DNA from: Pseudomonadota bacterium
GTDB lineage: Bacteria; Bdellovibrionota; FAC87; UBA2466
Reading direction: 5' to 3'
DNA length: 33,233 bases
Assembly (NCBI GenBank): GCA_043767805.1
Contig: JAYUGC010000077.1
Span: 1-33,233, forward strand
Positions 1 to 8,730 of the stretch are shown one piece after another (positions within the stretch are counted from its first letter, which is position 1; each line of letters opens with the position of its first letter). The notes under the pieces were generated by a model. That model did not search any database. It was not told where the DNA came from and saw only the letters and a list, made by a program, of their open reading frames with translations. A program made the position numbers and the translations under genes.

Positions 1-7
1 GAACGCG

Positions 8-880
8 GTGCGGGCCATAAGCTTAATGAAGGCCAATAAGAGCTCGCTCAGTTTTGATATTGGCAATGCGGTTCACGCCTGCGAAGCCTTGCTCGAACAA
101 TCCCCGGCCAACGCCCATGAAACACAGATCTTGAAATACTTGGCGGACATCAAGCATCCCGAAAAGCTTCCACGGGACTTTTGGCTCGAGGCTCTCAATG
201 TATTTGGGGTCGTGCTTTCTAAAAGCAAGGGTCGTGCGTGGAGCCCAGAGCTCTTCAATTCGGAACGTAGAGGCACTGAAGAGTTTGGTGGTTTAGGGCC
301 ATCCATCTCCCGGTACCCTGGCGACACCCCTAAAGTGCTCAAGCAACTTCTTAATGATACAAATACAGACGTATCCGCGGCGGCCGAGTTTTTGTACATA
401 ATGGACGTGAAGGATTCTGCGGCTGTCGCTCGAGTTGTCCACAGACTCGCGTCAACTCCACCTTTTCTTCGGGGCTCTAAGGCTAGAGAGATTATCGAAA
501 AGCTCATTTCGGAAAGTCCCCCGGGAGCCATTGAGGTCCCCCGTGGAACTAAAACTGCCTTTCGAGAAAGGATCGGCACGGAACCGTCCAACTCTGATTT
601 CCTTAGGGATATAAAGGTAGCCATTCTCAGTTCACTAAGAAAAAGCCCCCTTACCTTAAGCGAGTACTTCTCCTTAATGAGAACATTCGCTAACCGCCCC
701 GATACGAGAGAGGGAACTTACGAATACCTTCCCGCGGCGGCGTTAGAACTACTCCGGAATGAAGAAAGGCGAAAGACATTCAATGCCGATTTTGCGAACG
801 CCTTTTTGCAGCTGGGAGTAGGGCAAGTTAACTGTCCGTTTGCGACTCTTCTCGGTTCGGTGTGGGCAGTAGTGCCATAG
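8..880 (+). CDS. hypothetical protein, possibly 5'-truncated by the window edge
   Basis: 290-aa ORF whose frame is open back to the window edge. Visibly more AT-rich than downstream genes. No recognisable motif. Confidence 0.6.
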   Translation: MRAISLMKANKSSLSFDIGNAVHACEALLEQSPANAHETQILKYLADIKHPEKLPRDFWLEALNVFGVVLSKSKGRAWSPELFNSERRGTEEFGGLGPSISRYPGDTPKVLKQLLNDTNTDVSAAAEFLYIMDVKDSAAVARVVHRLASTPPFLRGSKAREIIEKLISESPPGAIEVPRGTKTAFRERIGTEPSNSDFLRDIKVAILSSLRKSPLTLSEYFSLMRTFANRPDTREGTYEYLPAAALELLRNEERRKTFNADFANAFLQLGVGQVNCPFATLLGSVWAVVP

Positions 881-947
881 ACGTATGGTGGTTACCGTCC
901 TAGGAAGGTAAGCGGGCATGGTGGCTACGGGTAAAATTTAGGTATCT

Positions 948-1055
948 GACGCCTAACTTTTGCCGTGGAGACACGTTACCTTCGTCCTGACCAAGCGGCG
1001 GTTCTACTGTAAACCTGGTAGGAAGCCCTTCAGGGAACCCGATTCGGGCATTTGA
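948..1055 (+). pseudogene. probable ISL3-family transposase remnant (zinc-finger region)
   Basis: Manual translation gives DA*LLPWRHVTFVLTKRRFYCKPGRKPFREPDSGI*. This resembles the ISL3 zinc-finger segment (KRRFxCxxCxKxFxE). The second Cys codon is GGT, one change from TGT, and in-frame stops flank the segment. Confidence 0.45.
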
Positions 1056-1477
1056 ACTGCGGGCGGCCACCGGACTCCTGGGAATGCGCTTCATTGAAGA
1101 CATCCAGGCCCCAGACTGATTCATCCGGAAAGTCTGGTCACGAGGAGCTGAAAAGAGCCGGGAATAGCCGGCACTCAGAACGCTTAATAATCACGGTCTC
1201 GGCCATATCACATTGAGCCGGGCACTCGCGCGCCATGACCACTAGACGCAGAGTCTCCTCAAAGATTTGAAAGCGGTCTCTATAGAGGAAGGCCCGTACT
1301 ATTTTTCCTGTAAAATCAAAGGCGTTTTGTAGCGACTATGTTGCGCGTAAAAGAACAATCCTAAGACCCGGCTAATCCCGAGCCCTTAGCTCCCCCTGCC
1401 TACAGGCAAATCCCCCCTTACGTTTACCCGATCTCGTTCCGTCTTATGATCGTAGGTAACTACCCAGAAGGGCACGC

Positions 1478-4400
1478 ATGTTGGGATGGGGACAAATCTT
1501 AGGACGGCATTTACTAGTCTTGCCGTTGCTCGCCTTGGCCGGCTGTAGCGGGGCTTCGAGCGATCCTAAGAGCGGCCCGTCTCTTCCCAAGAACACCCAA
1601 ACCACTCAAGGCGAAATTGACGTTGGCACCGGCGGCAATGGCGAAGGCGAGTCGGGAAACATCGCCAATCCCTGGGGCGCGGGTGGCGACCAAGGCGTGT
1701 TCGATTTGCGTCCACCGGCTCAGCTCGCGGTGAGCCCCACGAGTTTCGATTTTCAGATTCAATCTCTGAACTCCTCGACTTACGCCACTTTCACCGTGAC
1801 CAATGTCGGCGGCAAACCCGCGGCGAACCTTGGCGCGGCTGGACTCAGTGGCCCGTACTCGTTTCGGCACGGTAGCTTTCCAGGACTCGGCGGCACGTGC
1901 TCGCACACGTTAAACGGCGGGCAAAGCTGCAAAATCGTCGTCGGCTTTCAGCCGGGAACGCTGAGCGCTTTTCCTTTGAGCACTTTCAATCTCGTTTACG
2001 ACGGCGCGACGACCGGCGTGCACCTCGCGATTCCGCTGAAGGGTGCCGCGACCGACATCGCGACACTGCAGTTTTCCAATCAGACGGACGACGAGCCTTC
2101 TTACGATTTCGGATCGGTTACGGCGGGAACCAACACGACGAAGGCCATCGTCTTGCAGTATTTCGGCGCTTTGCCTGCGACCGGCGTCACTTTCTCTGAC
2201 CTAAACCCGCCGTTTTCGTTGGTGTCTACGACCTGCGGAAACGAAGTGGATCAGCTCTGTAACGTCGTGCTTCGCTACACGGGCTCGACGCTCGGCCATT
2301 TTCAGCAAGCGCTGAAAGTCACCTACAACAATGGCTCTTACGCCGCCGAAAGCGTCTTTACTTTGAAAGGCGACACCACGGCTCTGATATTTCCCGCAAC
2401 CCTCGCCATCACCGATGGCGGAACCAACTCATGGGGCCAGGTCTTCACGGGACAAAGTTACGACAAGACCTTCACGGTGACTCGCTCGGGAACTTTTCCC
2501 GCGACGAGCGTCTCGGCCGCGAGCTTCGCTTCGCCGGCGTTTACTTTCAAGGGCGGGACCTATCCAGGGGAAGGCGGAACCTGCTCCGCCACCATTACCT
2601 CGGCGTGTACGGTGGTCATGACCTTGGCCACCGCCTCGAGCGCCTCTCTCTCGGACAACCTCACACTCTCGTTTCATAACGGCACCGCGAATACTCAAGC
2701 GAGCCGCGCGATCACGGCGTTAGTGAGCCGACCGGCTATGCTTACGCTGACTCCGGACTCCGCCGTCGATTTCGGATCGACGCCTATACGACTGGCGGTC
2801 AGCCACTCTTTCACTCTGACCAACACGGCGGGATTCACCGCTTCCTCTATAGCGATTTCGGGTCTCAGCGCTCCCTTCTCCAGTACGGGCGGATGTGCCA
2901 CTCTCGCTCCCGGAGCGTCTTGTACTTTCATCGTCCTCTTCACGCCGACGGGAACGAGCCCGGCCGCGGGCGCGGTGGCCGTTTCCTACTTCAACGGCTT
3001 GGCCTATGACCGAAGTCTCGACGTGAGTCTCACTGGCCAGGGAACTACCGGGGCTTTCTTAGTACCCTCGGTCACGAGCTACAACTTTGGCAGCGTGTTA
3101 GTGGGAAGTGCCGCGGTGACCACGGTGACCTTCAGTTATTACGGAATGCTTCCGGCGCAAAACCTGCTCTTCAATGGGCTCGCGGTTCCCTTCGCCTTCT
3201 CCGGCGGTAGCTATCCCGGTGGCGGCACGTGCGGAGCCACCATCTCCGCTCAATGCACCGTAAAGCTCGCCTTCAGTCCGACCGTCGCGGGAGCCGCTTC
3301 GAATACGGTCAACCTACAATACGACGACGGCACCGGCTCGACCCAAACTGTGGCACTCGCTCTGAGCGGAACGGGAGTGGCGGTGGCCAACGCCGCGCTA
3401 AATTTCAGCGTGGCGACCTACGACTTCGGATCGGTGCTGCTCGGCAGCGGAAAGAACGCGACCCTGACCATCAATCGCACGGGCAACCAAAGCGCCTCGA
3501 GTCTCTCCCTTTCCGGACTCGGGGGAGATTTTACTTTCACCGGCGGAAGCTTCCCGGGAACGGGCGGAACCTGCCCCACGACCCTTTCCACCGCGAGCTG
3601 CCGGATCGCGGTCACCTTCCGGCCCTCTGCGATTGGCGCCCGCGGACCGCAAACGGTTACGCTCGACTACTTCAACGGCACGAGCAACCAACAAGCTTCC
3701 GTCGTCTTGAACGGCACGGGTATCGACATCGCGGTCGTCGCCACGAGCCCACTCGCTTTCGGCTCCGTCGCCATGGACCAGACTCCCACGGGAACCGTCA
3801 CCTTCACCAACACGGGAACGCAAGCCGCGACGAATTTTGCGCTAAACACCGGTTTCATGGCGAGCGCGTTTACGCTAGTGTCGACCACTTGCGGAACGAA
3901 CTTGGCGGCAAGTACGTCGTGCACGGCTACCGTTCGGTTTTCCCCGATTTCTCCCATCGCCTCGGGCGGCTACCTTCAAGCGGGTTTTCACAACGGAAGC
4001 ATCTCGGCCATCGTGAATAGTAACCTCAGCGGAACAGGAACCGTCTCGATCACGATGAGCGCTTCTCTCGCCGGCTTTGGCTCGCTTCCGATTCTCACGT
4101 CCTTGGACCGTACGGTTACCCTGACTAACTCGGGCACGCGCACGGCCACGAACCTTGCCCTCAATTCGCCGGCTGTCGCGGCTCCTTATTCCGTGGCATC
4201 CACGACTTGCGGAACGAGCTTGGCGGGTGGCACGAGTTGCACGGCGGTCGTGCGGTTTGCGCCGACCAACGCGGGTTCTTTCCCGGCTTCCTTCGCCGGA
4301 AGCTATGCGACGGGCGCCGGAACGGCGACCTTCTCGGCCGCGGTCACGGGTGCGGCCACCATCAGCATCACGATCAGCGCGGGAAGTGCAAACTTCGGAA

Positions 4401-5983
4401 CGATGGCCATGGGGCTGACCGAAGACCGTACGATCACTCTGTCTAATTCGGGAGTGCGCACGGCTTCCGCTTTTCAAATTCTTACCAATACGTTCTCGGC
4501 GCCCTTCTCTCTGGCATCGACGACTTGTGGCCCTACTCTCGCAGGCGGTGGCTCCTGCAGCGCCGTGCTTCGTTTCGCTCCTACGGCGCCGGGCAATTTC
4601 ACCCAGATTTGGAATGGCAGCTATTTCGACGGCGTCAGCACCGTGGGCTTCTCGGGCTCGGCTCAGGGGACGGCGACCATCGCTCAACTCATCGCCGCTA
4701 ACGGCAATCATTCCTGCGCTCGCACTCAAATTGGGCAACTCAAGTGTTGGGGACAGAACAACTACGGTCAGCTTGGCTTAGGAGATTTCACCAACCGGGG
4801 CACGACTCCCTTTTCCCTCGGTACGAATCTTCCCGCAGTTTCTCTCGGCGCTAGCCGCTATCCAACGGTCATCGCCCTCGGTTACTGGCACAGCTGTGCG
4901 ATTCTCGACGACGGAAAAGTGAAGTGCTGGGGCGCCAATACCTACGGGCAACTTGGTCTCGGAGTTTCGAGCGCCCAGGTCGGAGGCAGCGCAAGCGAGA
5001 TGGGCGATAACCTCGCCGCCCTAAATCTCGGCGCCGGCTTTCGAGCGGTAAGTCTCGCGCTCGGCTACGGGCATTCTTGCGCGCTCTCCGACGCGGGCAA
5101 AGTGAAATGCTGGGGTCAAAACTCGGGCGGTCAGCTCGGGCTCGGCGACACAGGTCACCGGGGGAAAGCCGCGGGCGAAATGGGCGCGAGCCTTCCTACC
5201 GTCGATCTCGGCTCGCACACGGCGCTCGAGATCTCCGCCAACACCAGCCACACCTGCGCTGTCTTGGAAGATCACAGCGTGCGTTGCTGGGGCAATAACT
5301 TCTTCGGTCAGCTCGGTATCGGCGACATTCAAAACCGGGGCGATGGACCCGGCGAAATGGGCGCGAACTTACCCGCGGTGGATCTCGGTACCGGGGAAAC
5401 CGCGCGGAGCGTGACCGCAGGCGGCGCTTACACTTGTGCCCTGCTCACGTCGGGCTCGGTGAAATGCTGGGGACGTAATGAGCACGGCATTCTCGGCACG
5501 AACTATTGCCAGGACGGAAGCGCCAGGGTCGGTCTTTGCTCGGATGCGAGTTATCCATTGCCGCTCAGAGGTTACGGTATTGCGGCGAATCAAATGGGCG
5601 ACCGTTTGACGACGATAGCCCTGGGCTCTCACGCCATCACGCAGATCGTTGCTTCCGATTCCAGCACCTGCGCGCTTTTTGATAATCACGCGGTGAAATG
5701 CTGGGGTGAGAACACTTACGGGCAGCTCGGCCTCGGAGATACCACCGATCGCGGTCTTGCCGACGGCAGCATGGGAAGCGCGCTTCCCGAGCTCGACCTA
5801 GGCACCGGTCTCGAACCCGTGACTCTCACCTCGGGCGACTCTCATAGCTGTCTCTTATCGAGCTCCGGCCAGGTGAAGTGCTGGGGCTACAATCGCTTCG
5901 GCGGGCTCGGTCTCGGCGATGCCGTGAACCGCGGCGACGGGCCCAGTCAGATGGGCGACCTTCTCGGCTTCACTTCCTACTGA
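1478..5983 (+). CDS. giant surface lipoprotein: 9 Ig-like (ASH/choice-of-anchor D-like) domains plus C-terminal 7-bladed RCC1/BLIP-II-like beta-propeller
   Basis: Lipobox LALAG-C. Nine units of about 105-115 aa with (D/N)FG...TxTNxG...C-x6-9-C...FxP...LxGxG. Seven repeats of (H/Y/S)(S/T)C(A/L)...(K/R)CWGxNxxGxLG from about 4700 to the end. Confidence 0.9.
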   Translation: MLGWGQILGRHLLVLPLLALAGCSGASSDPKSGPSLPKNTQTTQGEIDVGTGGNGEGESGNIANPWGAGGDQGVFDLRPPAQLAVSPTSFDFQIQSLNSSTYATFTVTNVGGKPAANLGAAGLSGPYSFRHGSFPGLGGTCSHTLNGGQSCKIVVGFQPGTLSAFPLSTFNLVYDGATTGVHLAIPLKGAATDIATLQFSNQTDDEPSYDFGSVTAGTNTTKAIVLQYFGALPATGVTFSDLNPPFSLVSTTCGNEVDQLCNVVLRYTGSTLGHFQQALKVTYNNGSYAAESVFTLKGDTTALIFPATLAITDGGTNSWGQVFTGQSYDKTFTVTRSGTFPATSVSAASFASPAFTFKGGTYPGEGGTCSATITSACTVVMTLATASSASLSDNLTLSFHNGTANTQASRAITALVSRPAMLTLTPDSAVDFGSTPIRLAVSHSFTLTNTAGFTASSIAISGLSAPFSSTGGCATLAPGASCTFIVLFTPTGTSPAAGAVAVSYFNGLAYDRSLDVSLTGQGTTGAFLVPSVTSYNFGSVLVGSAAVTTVTFSYYGMLPAQNLLFNGLAVPFAFSGGSYPGGGTCGATISAQCTVKLAFSPTVAGAASNTVNLQYDDGTGSTQTVALALSGTGVAVANAALNFSVATYDFGSVLLGSGKNATLTINRTGNQSASSLSLSGLGGDFTFTGGSFPGTGGTCPTTLSTASCRIAVTFRPSAIGARGPQTVTLDYFNGTSNQQASVVLNGTGIDIAVVATSPLAFGSVAMDQTPTGTVTFTNTGTQAATNFALNTGFMASAFTLVSTTCGTNLAASTSCTATVRFSPISPIASGGYLQAGFHNGSISAIVNSNLSGTGTVSITMSASLAGFGSLPILTSLDRTVTLTNSGTRTATNLALNSPAVAAPYSVASTTCGTSLAGGTSCTAVVRFAPTNAGSFPASFAGSYATGAGTATFSAAVTGAATISITISAGSANFGTMAMGLTEDRTITLSNSGVRTASAFQILTNTFSAPFSLASTTCGPTLAGGGSCSAVLRFAPTAPGNFTQIWNGSYFDGVSTVGFSGSAQGTATIAQLIAANGNHSCARTQIGQLKCWGQNNYGQLGLGDFTNRGTTPFSLGTNLPAVSLGASRYPTVIALGYWHSCAILDDGKVKCWGANTYGQLGLGVSSAQVGGSASEMGDNLAALNLGAGFRAVSLALGYGHSCALSDAGKVKCWGQNSGGQLGLGDTGHRGKAAGEMGASLPTVDLGSHTALEISANTSHTCAVLEDHSVRCWGNNFFGQLGIGDIQNRGDGPGEMGANLPAVDLGTGETARSVTAGGAYTCALLTSGSVKCWGRNEHGILGTNYCQDGSARVGLCSDASYPLPLRGYGIAANQMGDRLTTIALGSHAITQIVASDSSTCALFDNHAVKCWGENTYGQLGLGDTTDRGLADGSMGSALPELDLGTGLEPVTLTSGDSHSCLLSSSGQVKCWGYNRFGGLGLGDAVNRGDGPSQMGDLLGFTSY

Positions 5984-5987
5984 CGGC

Positions 5988-6407
5988 TCACTCTCCCGAA
6001 AGCGTCAGCACGATCTTACGGGCGCCGCCCTGGTCACGGTGCTCGCAGAGGTAGATGCCCTGCCACGTTCCCAAACGAAGCGCGCCCGTTCCCACGGGGA
6101 TGAGGAGCGAGGGGCCAAAAAGAGAGGCCTTGATGTGCGCCGGCATATCGTCGGGGCCTTCGGCGTCGTGCCGGAAGGGAAACGTTTCGGGCACTAGGCT
6201 CGACATGAAACTTTCGAAGTCCCGTCGCACGTCGCCGTCCGCGGCCTCGTTGATGGTGAGAGACGCCGAGGTGTGAAGCAGAAAAAGGTGGAGCTGCCCG
6301 TGACGAAAATCCCCGAGCTCGGGCAAGGCCCGGACGACCTCGTTCGTGATGAGGTGGAAACCGCGAGCCTTGGCCGAAATTTGAATGTCTCTCTGGACCC
6401 ACTTCAT
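5988..6407 (-). CDS. yjbQ: YjbQ/UPF0047 family protein (secondary thiamine-phosphate synthase-like)
   Basis: HTSASLTINE, H..EGPDDMPAHIKASLFG and LGTWQGIYLCEHR motifs. Start moved to ATG 6407 (MKWVQ), giving a typical length of 139 aa. Confidence 0.92.
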   Translation of the reverse strand: MKWVQRDIQISAKARGFHLITNEVVRALPELGDFRHGQLHLFLLHTSASLTINEAADGDVRRDFESFMSSLVPETFPFRHDAEGPDDMPAHIKASLFGPSLLIPVGTGALRLGTWQGIYLCEHRDQGGARKIVLTLSGE

Positions 6408-6508
6408 GGCGCGGCTACATTGAAACCAGCTTTTGTTCCGTCGGCAAGTCACTAGAAAGGCTGAGCCAGCCAAGAAATCGCGACCGCCTTCCCTTCGTAC
6501 CGTAATTC

Positions 6509-6524
6509 CGGTACGTAGTTTGCT
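6509..6524 (+). promoter_or_regulatory. candidate sigma54 (-24/-12) promoter of the DUF4189 gene
   Basis: CGGTACGTAGTTTGCT has exact GG-N10-GC spacing with TTGC at -12. It lies about 30 nt before ATG 6555, which has a GGAGG RBS. Confidence 0.5.
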
Positions 6525-6554
6525 TCCTATTGTCCGCAAACGAGGGAGGGACTC

Positions 6555-7061
6555 ATGAAAAAAATCATTCTTGGTCTGGTCTGTTTATCCGCGCTCGGCA
6601 CGATGACGGTGCCTACGGAGGCGCAGGCCCACGGGCCCGTTTTCTATAACCGAGGTTTCGGCCGTCTTTACACCGGCTGGGGCTGGTATGCGTTGAACGG
6701 AGTGGGCAATCTTCCGCTCTACGGGTACTCGTACTATCCGTATTTCAACTACGGCGAGCGGTACTCGACGTTCGGCGCCATCGCTTATTCTCCGTCGACA
6801 GGACGTACCGGCTGGAGCTTCAATAACACCGATCAGGCGACCGCGCTCTATAGCTCGGTTCAGTACTGCGGTCAGCCGGATTGCGCCGCGACCGTTTGGG
6901 TACAAGGTGGCTGCGCGGCCATCGCGACCTCCGCTTCGGGAGGCACGCTGACCTGGGGTTACGACGCGGATCGCAACAACGCTCGAGTCCGGGCGCTGAC
7001 CGCGTGCGGCTCGAACGGCTGGGGCGACTGCCAGGTAAAAGCCTGGGTTTGCTCGTACTAA
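6555..7061 (+). CDS. secreted DUF4189 domain protein
   Basis: Signal peptide ending AQA, Tyr/Gly-rich linker, then FGAIAYSPSTG...C...C...CAAIA...ALTAC...C.V..WVCS pattern. GGAGG RBS. Confidence 0.85.
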   Translation: MKKIILGLVCLSALGTMTVPTEAQAHGPVFYNRGFGRLYTGWGWYALNGVGNLPLYGYSYYPYFNYGERYSTFGAIAYSPSTGRTGWSFNNTDQATALYSSVQYCGQPDCAATVWVQGGCAAIATSASGGTLTWGYDADRNNARVRALTACGSNGWGDCQVKAWVCSY

Positions 7062-7071
7062 CGACGCCTTC

Positions 7072-7117
7072 GCGGGGCGAAATTCGGGAAGCCTTTCCCA
7101 ACGGAATTTCGCCCCGC
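7072..7117 (+). terminator. strong hairpin, probable terminator after the DUF4189 gene
   Basis: Perfect 14-bp stem GCGGGGCGAAATTC (7072-7085) / GAATTTCGCCCCGC (7104-7117) plus inner GGGAA/TTCCC. Starts 11 nt after the stop. The U-tract is weak. Confidence 0.65.
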
Positions 7118-7249
7118 ACTACTTTCTAAGTAATCTCAATAGTTAGCCCGCCTTTTCACGCTCTGCGCCACCCCGGCGCGCGACCCCTATTTGTGCCTTC
7201 AGCGATCGTTCCCAAATGTCGAAACGTGAAGAGAATAGGGGAATTATCC

Positions 7250-8059
7250 ATGCCTTCCGCTCGCACGCTGAACCTGGACAAAAAGACAGCCAAGACCGAC
7301 GCGCATCCGTGGCGCCAACCGTACAAAGTATGGGTCGTGCTGCCCGCTTATAACGAGGAACAAAATCTCGGTGAGCTTTTGGAAAGCATCGATGCCTCGA
7401 TGTCCGACGCTCGCATCCCCTACGAAGTTTTGGTGATCGACGACGGAAGTAAGGACAGAACGGCGGAAGTCGCCGAGCAATACTCGAAAAGCATCCCAGT
7501 AAGAGTCGTCCGGCACGCGAAGAATCAAGGGCTTGGTAACACCATCCGCGACGGACTCCTCCTCGCGAGCCAGGAATGCGGAGCCCGGGACATCGTCGTC
7601 GCCATGGACGCCGACAATACGCAAACCCCCGGCCTCATTTTCAACATGGTCCGGGTCATTCGTGAAGGCAGCGACGTCACCATCGCCTCTCGCTATCAAA
7701 GCGGCTCTCTCGTACGCGGAGTTCCCTTGTTTCGCCGCCTGCTCAGTTCCCTCGCGAGCGTTCTCTTTCGCGTGGTATTCCCCATTCCCGGCGTCAAGGA
7801 TTACACCTGCGGATACCGCGCTTACCGCGGCGCCGTCTTGAAATCCGCCTTCGAGCAGTTCGGAACGAAGTTCATCGACCAAACCGGCTTTCAATGCATG
7901 GTCGACATTCTCCTGAAGCTCCGCCGGATGGACGTCGTCTTCCGCGAGGTCCCGCTCATTCTTCGCTATGACTTCAAAAAGGGAAATAGCAAGATGCAGG
8001 TCTTTCGCACTATCAACAATACGCTCAGCCTCATGGTGAAGCGCCGGTTCGGAGGATGA
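7250..8059 (+). CDS. GT2 glycosyltransferase, DPM1/Ppm1-like (polyprenyl-phosphate glycosyltransferase type)
   Basis: VVLPAYNEE, VIDDGSKDRT, NQGLG, MDAD (DxD), ASRY and DYTCGYRAY motifs. ATG 7250 follows a GGGGA RBS. Confidence 0.9.
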   Translation: MPSARTLNLDKKTAKTDAHPWRQPYKVWVVLPAYNEEQNLGELLESIDASMSDARIPYEVLVIDDGSKDRTAEVAEQYSKSIPVRVVRHAKNQGLGNTIRDGLLLASQECGARDIVVAMDADNTQTPGLIFNMVRVIREGSDVTIASRYQSGSLVRGVPLFRRLLSSLASVLFRVVFPIPGVKDYTCGYRAYRGAVLKSAFEQFGTKFIDQTGFQCMVDILLKLRRMDVVFREVPLILRYDFKKGNSKMQVFRTINNTLSLMVKRRFGG

Positions 8060-8724
8060 CCATGAAGCCCAAGATTGCGCCGGCCTTCGATTACGAAGCC
8101 ACGTACTACGAGACCTATTATCCGAACTACGAAGCGCAGAATCCCGACCGCAAGATCGCGTTCTATCGTCATACGCTTGAAAAGCACTGGAACGATTCAC
8201 TCCCTAAACGCGTGCATGACATCGGTTGTGCTTTCGGCCGCTTCCTGTCCAGCCTTTCCGGCTGGGAGATCTACGGCTCGGATGCGAGCCACCACGCCAT
8301 CGAGAGCGCCAGAGAGCGCATGCCGAACGGTAACTTCGTCGCGGACGCCGGAGCGAATGGATTGCCCTTTTCCGTGAAGTTCGGAGCGGTCACCGCTTTC
8401 GACGTGCTCGAGCACGTGCCGGATCTGGACGCCCTCGCCGGTCACATCAACCGAGAGCTCGCGCCCAAGGGGATCTTCGTATTCGTCGTTCCCGTCTACG
8501 ACGGGTTGTCAGGCCCCCTCATTCGCAAGTTGGACAAGGATCCGACCCATATCCACAAATGGGCGCGCGGCGCCTGGCTCGAGTGGGCGGAAAAACATTT
8601 CGAAGTCCTCGAGTGGAACGGCATTCTGCGTTACCTGCTTCCCGTCGGAGGCTACCTTCATCTCCCCACCCGTTTGTTCCGCGGGCACACCCCGGCCATT
8701 CTCGTCGCAGCCCGCAGGAAATAG
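8056..8724 (+). CDS. class I SAM-dependent methyltransferase
   Basis: HDIGCAFGRFL (motif I), GSDAS, AFDVLEHVPD, L.PKGIFVFVVP. ATGA overlap with the GT2 stop. Confidence 0.88.
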   Translation: MTMKPKIAPAFDYEATYYETYYPNYEAQNPDRKIAFYRHTLEKHWNDSLPKRVHDIGCAFGRFLSSLSGWEIYGSDASHHAIESARERMPNGNFVADAGANGLPFSVKFGAVTAFDVLEHVPDLDALAGHINRELAPKGIFVFVVPVYDGLSGPLIRKLDKDPTHIHKWARGAWLEWAEKHFEVLEWNGILRYLLPVGGYLHLPTRLFRGHTPAILVAARRK

Positions 8725-8730
8725 AACTTC

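Noticed and set aside
1169..1185. GG-N10-GC upstream of the giant lipoprotein as a sigma54 promoter
   Set aside because: The -12 element is ACGC rather than TTGC, and it lies about 300 nt from the start, so it is too weak to call.
5335..5940. RGD motifs in the RCC1 blades as integrin ligands
   Set aside because: They are part of the blade consensus (NRGDGP) and are not evidence of host binding.
7244..8200. 318-aa minus-strand ORF
   Set aside because: Antisense shadow of the GT2 gene with no motifs. Long shadow ORFs are expected in GC-rich coding DNA.
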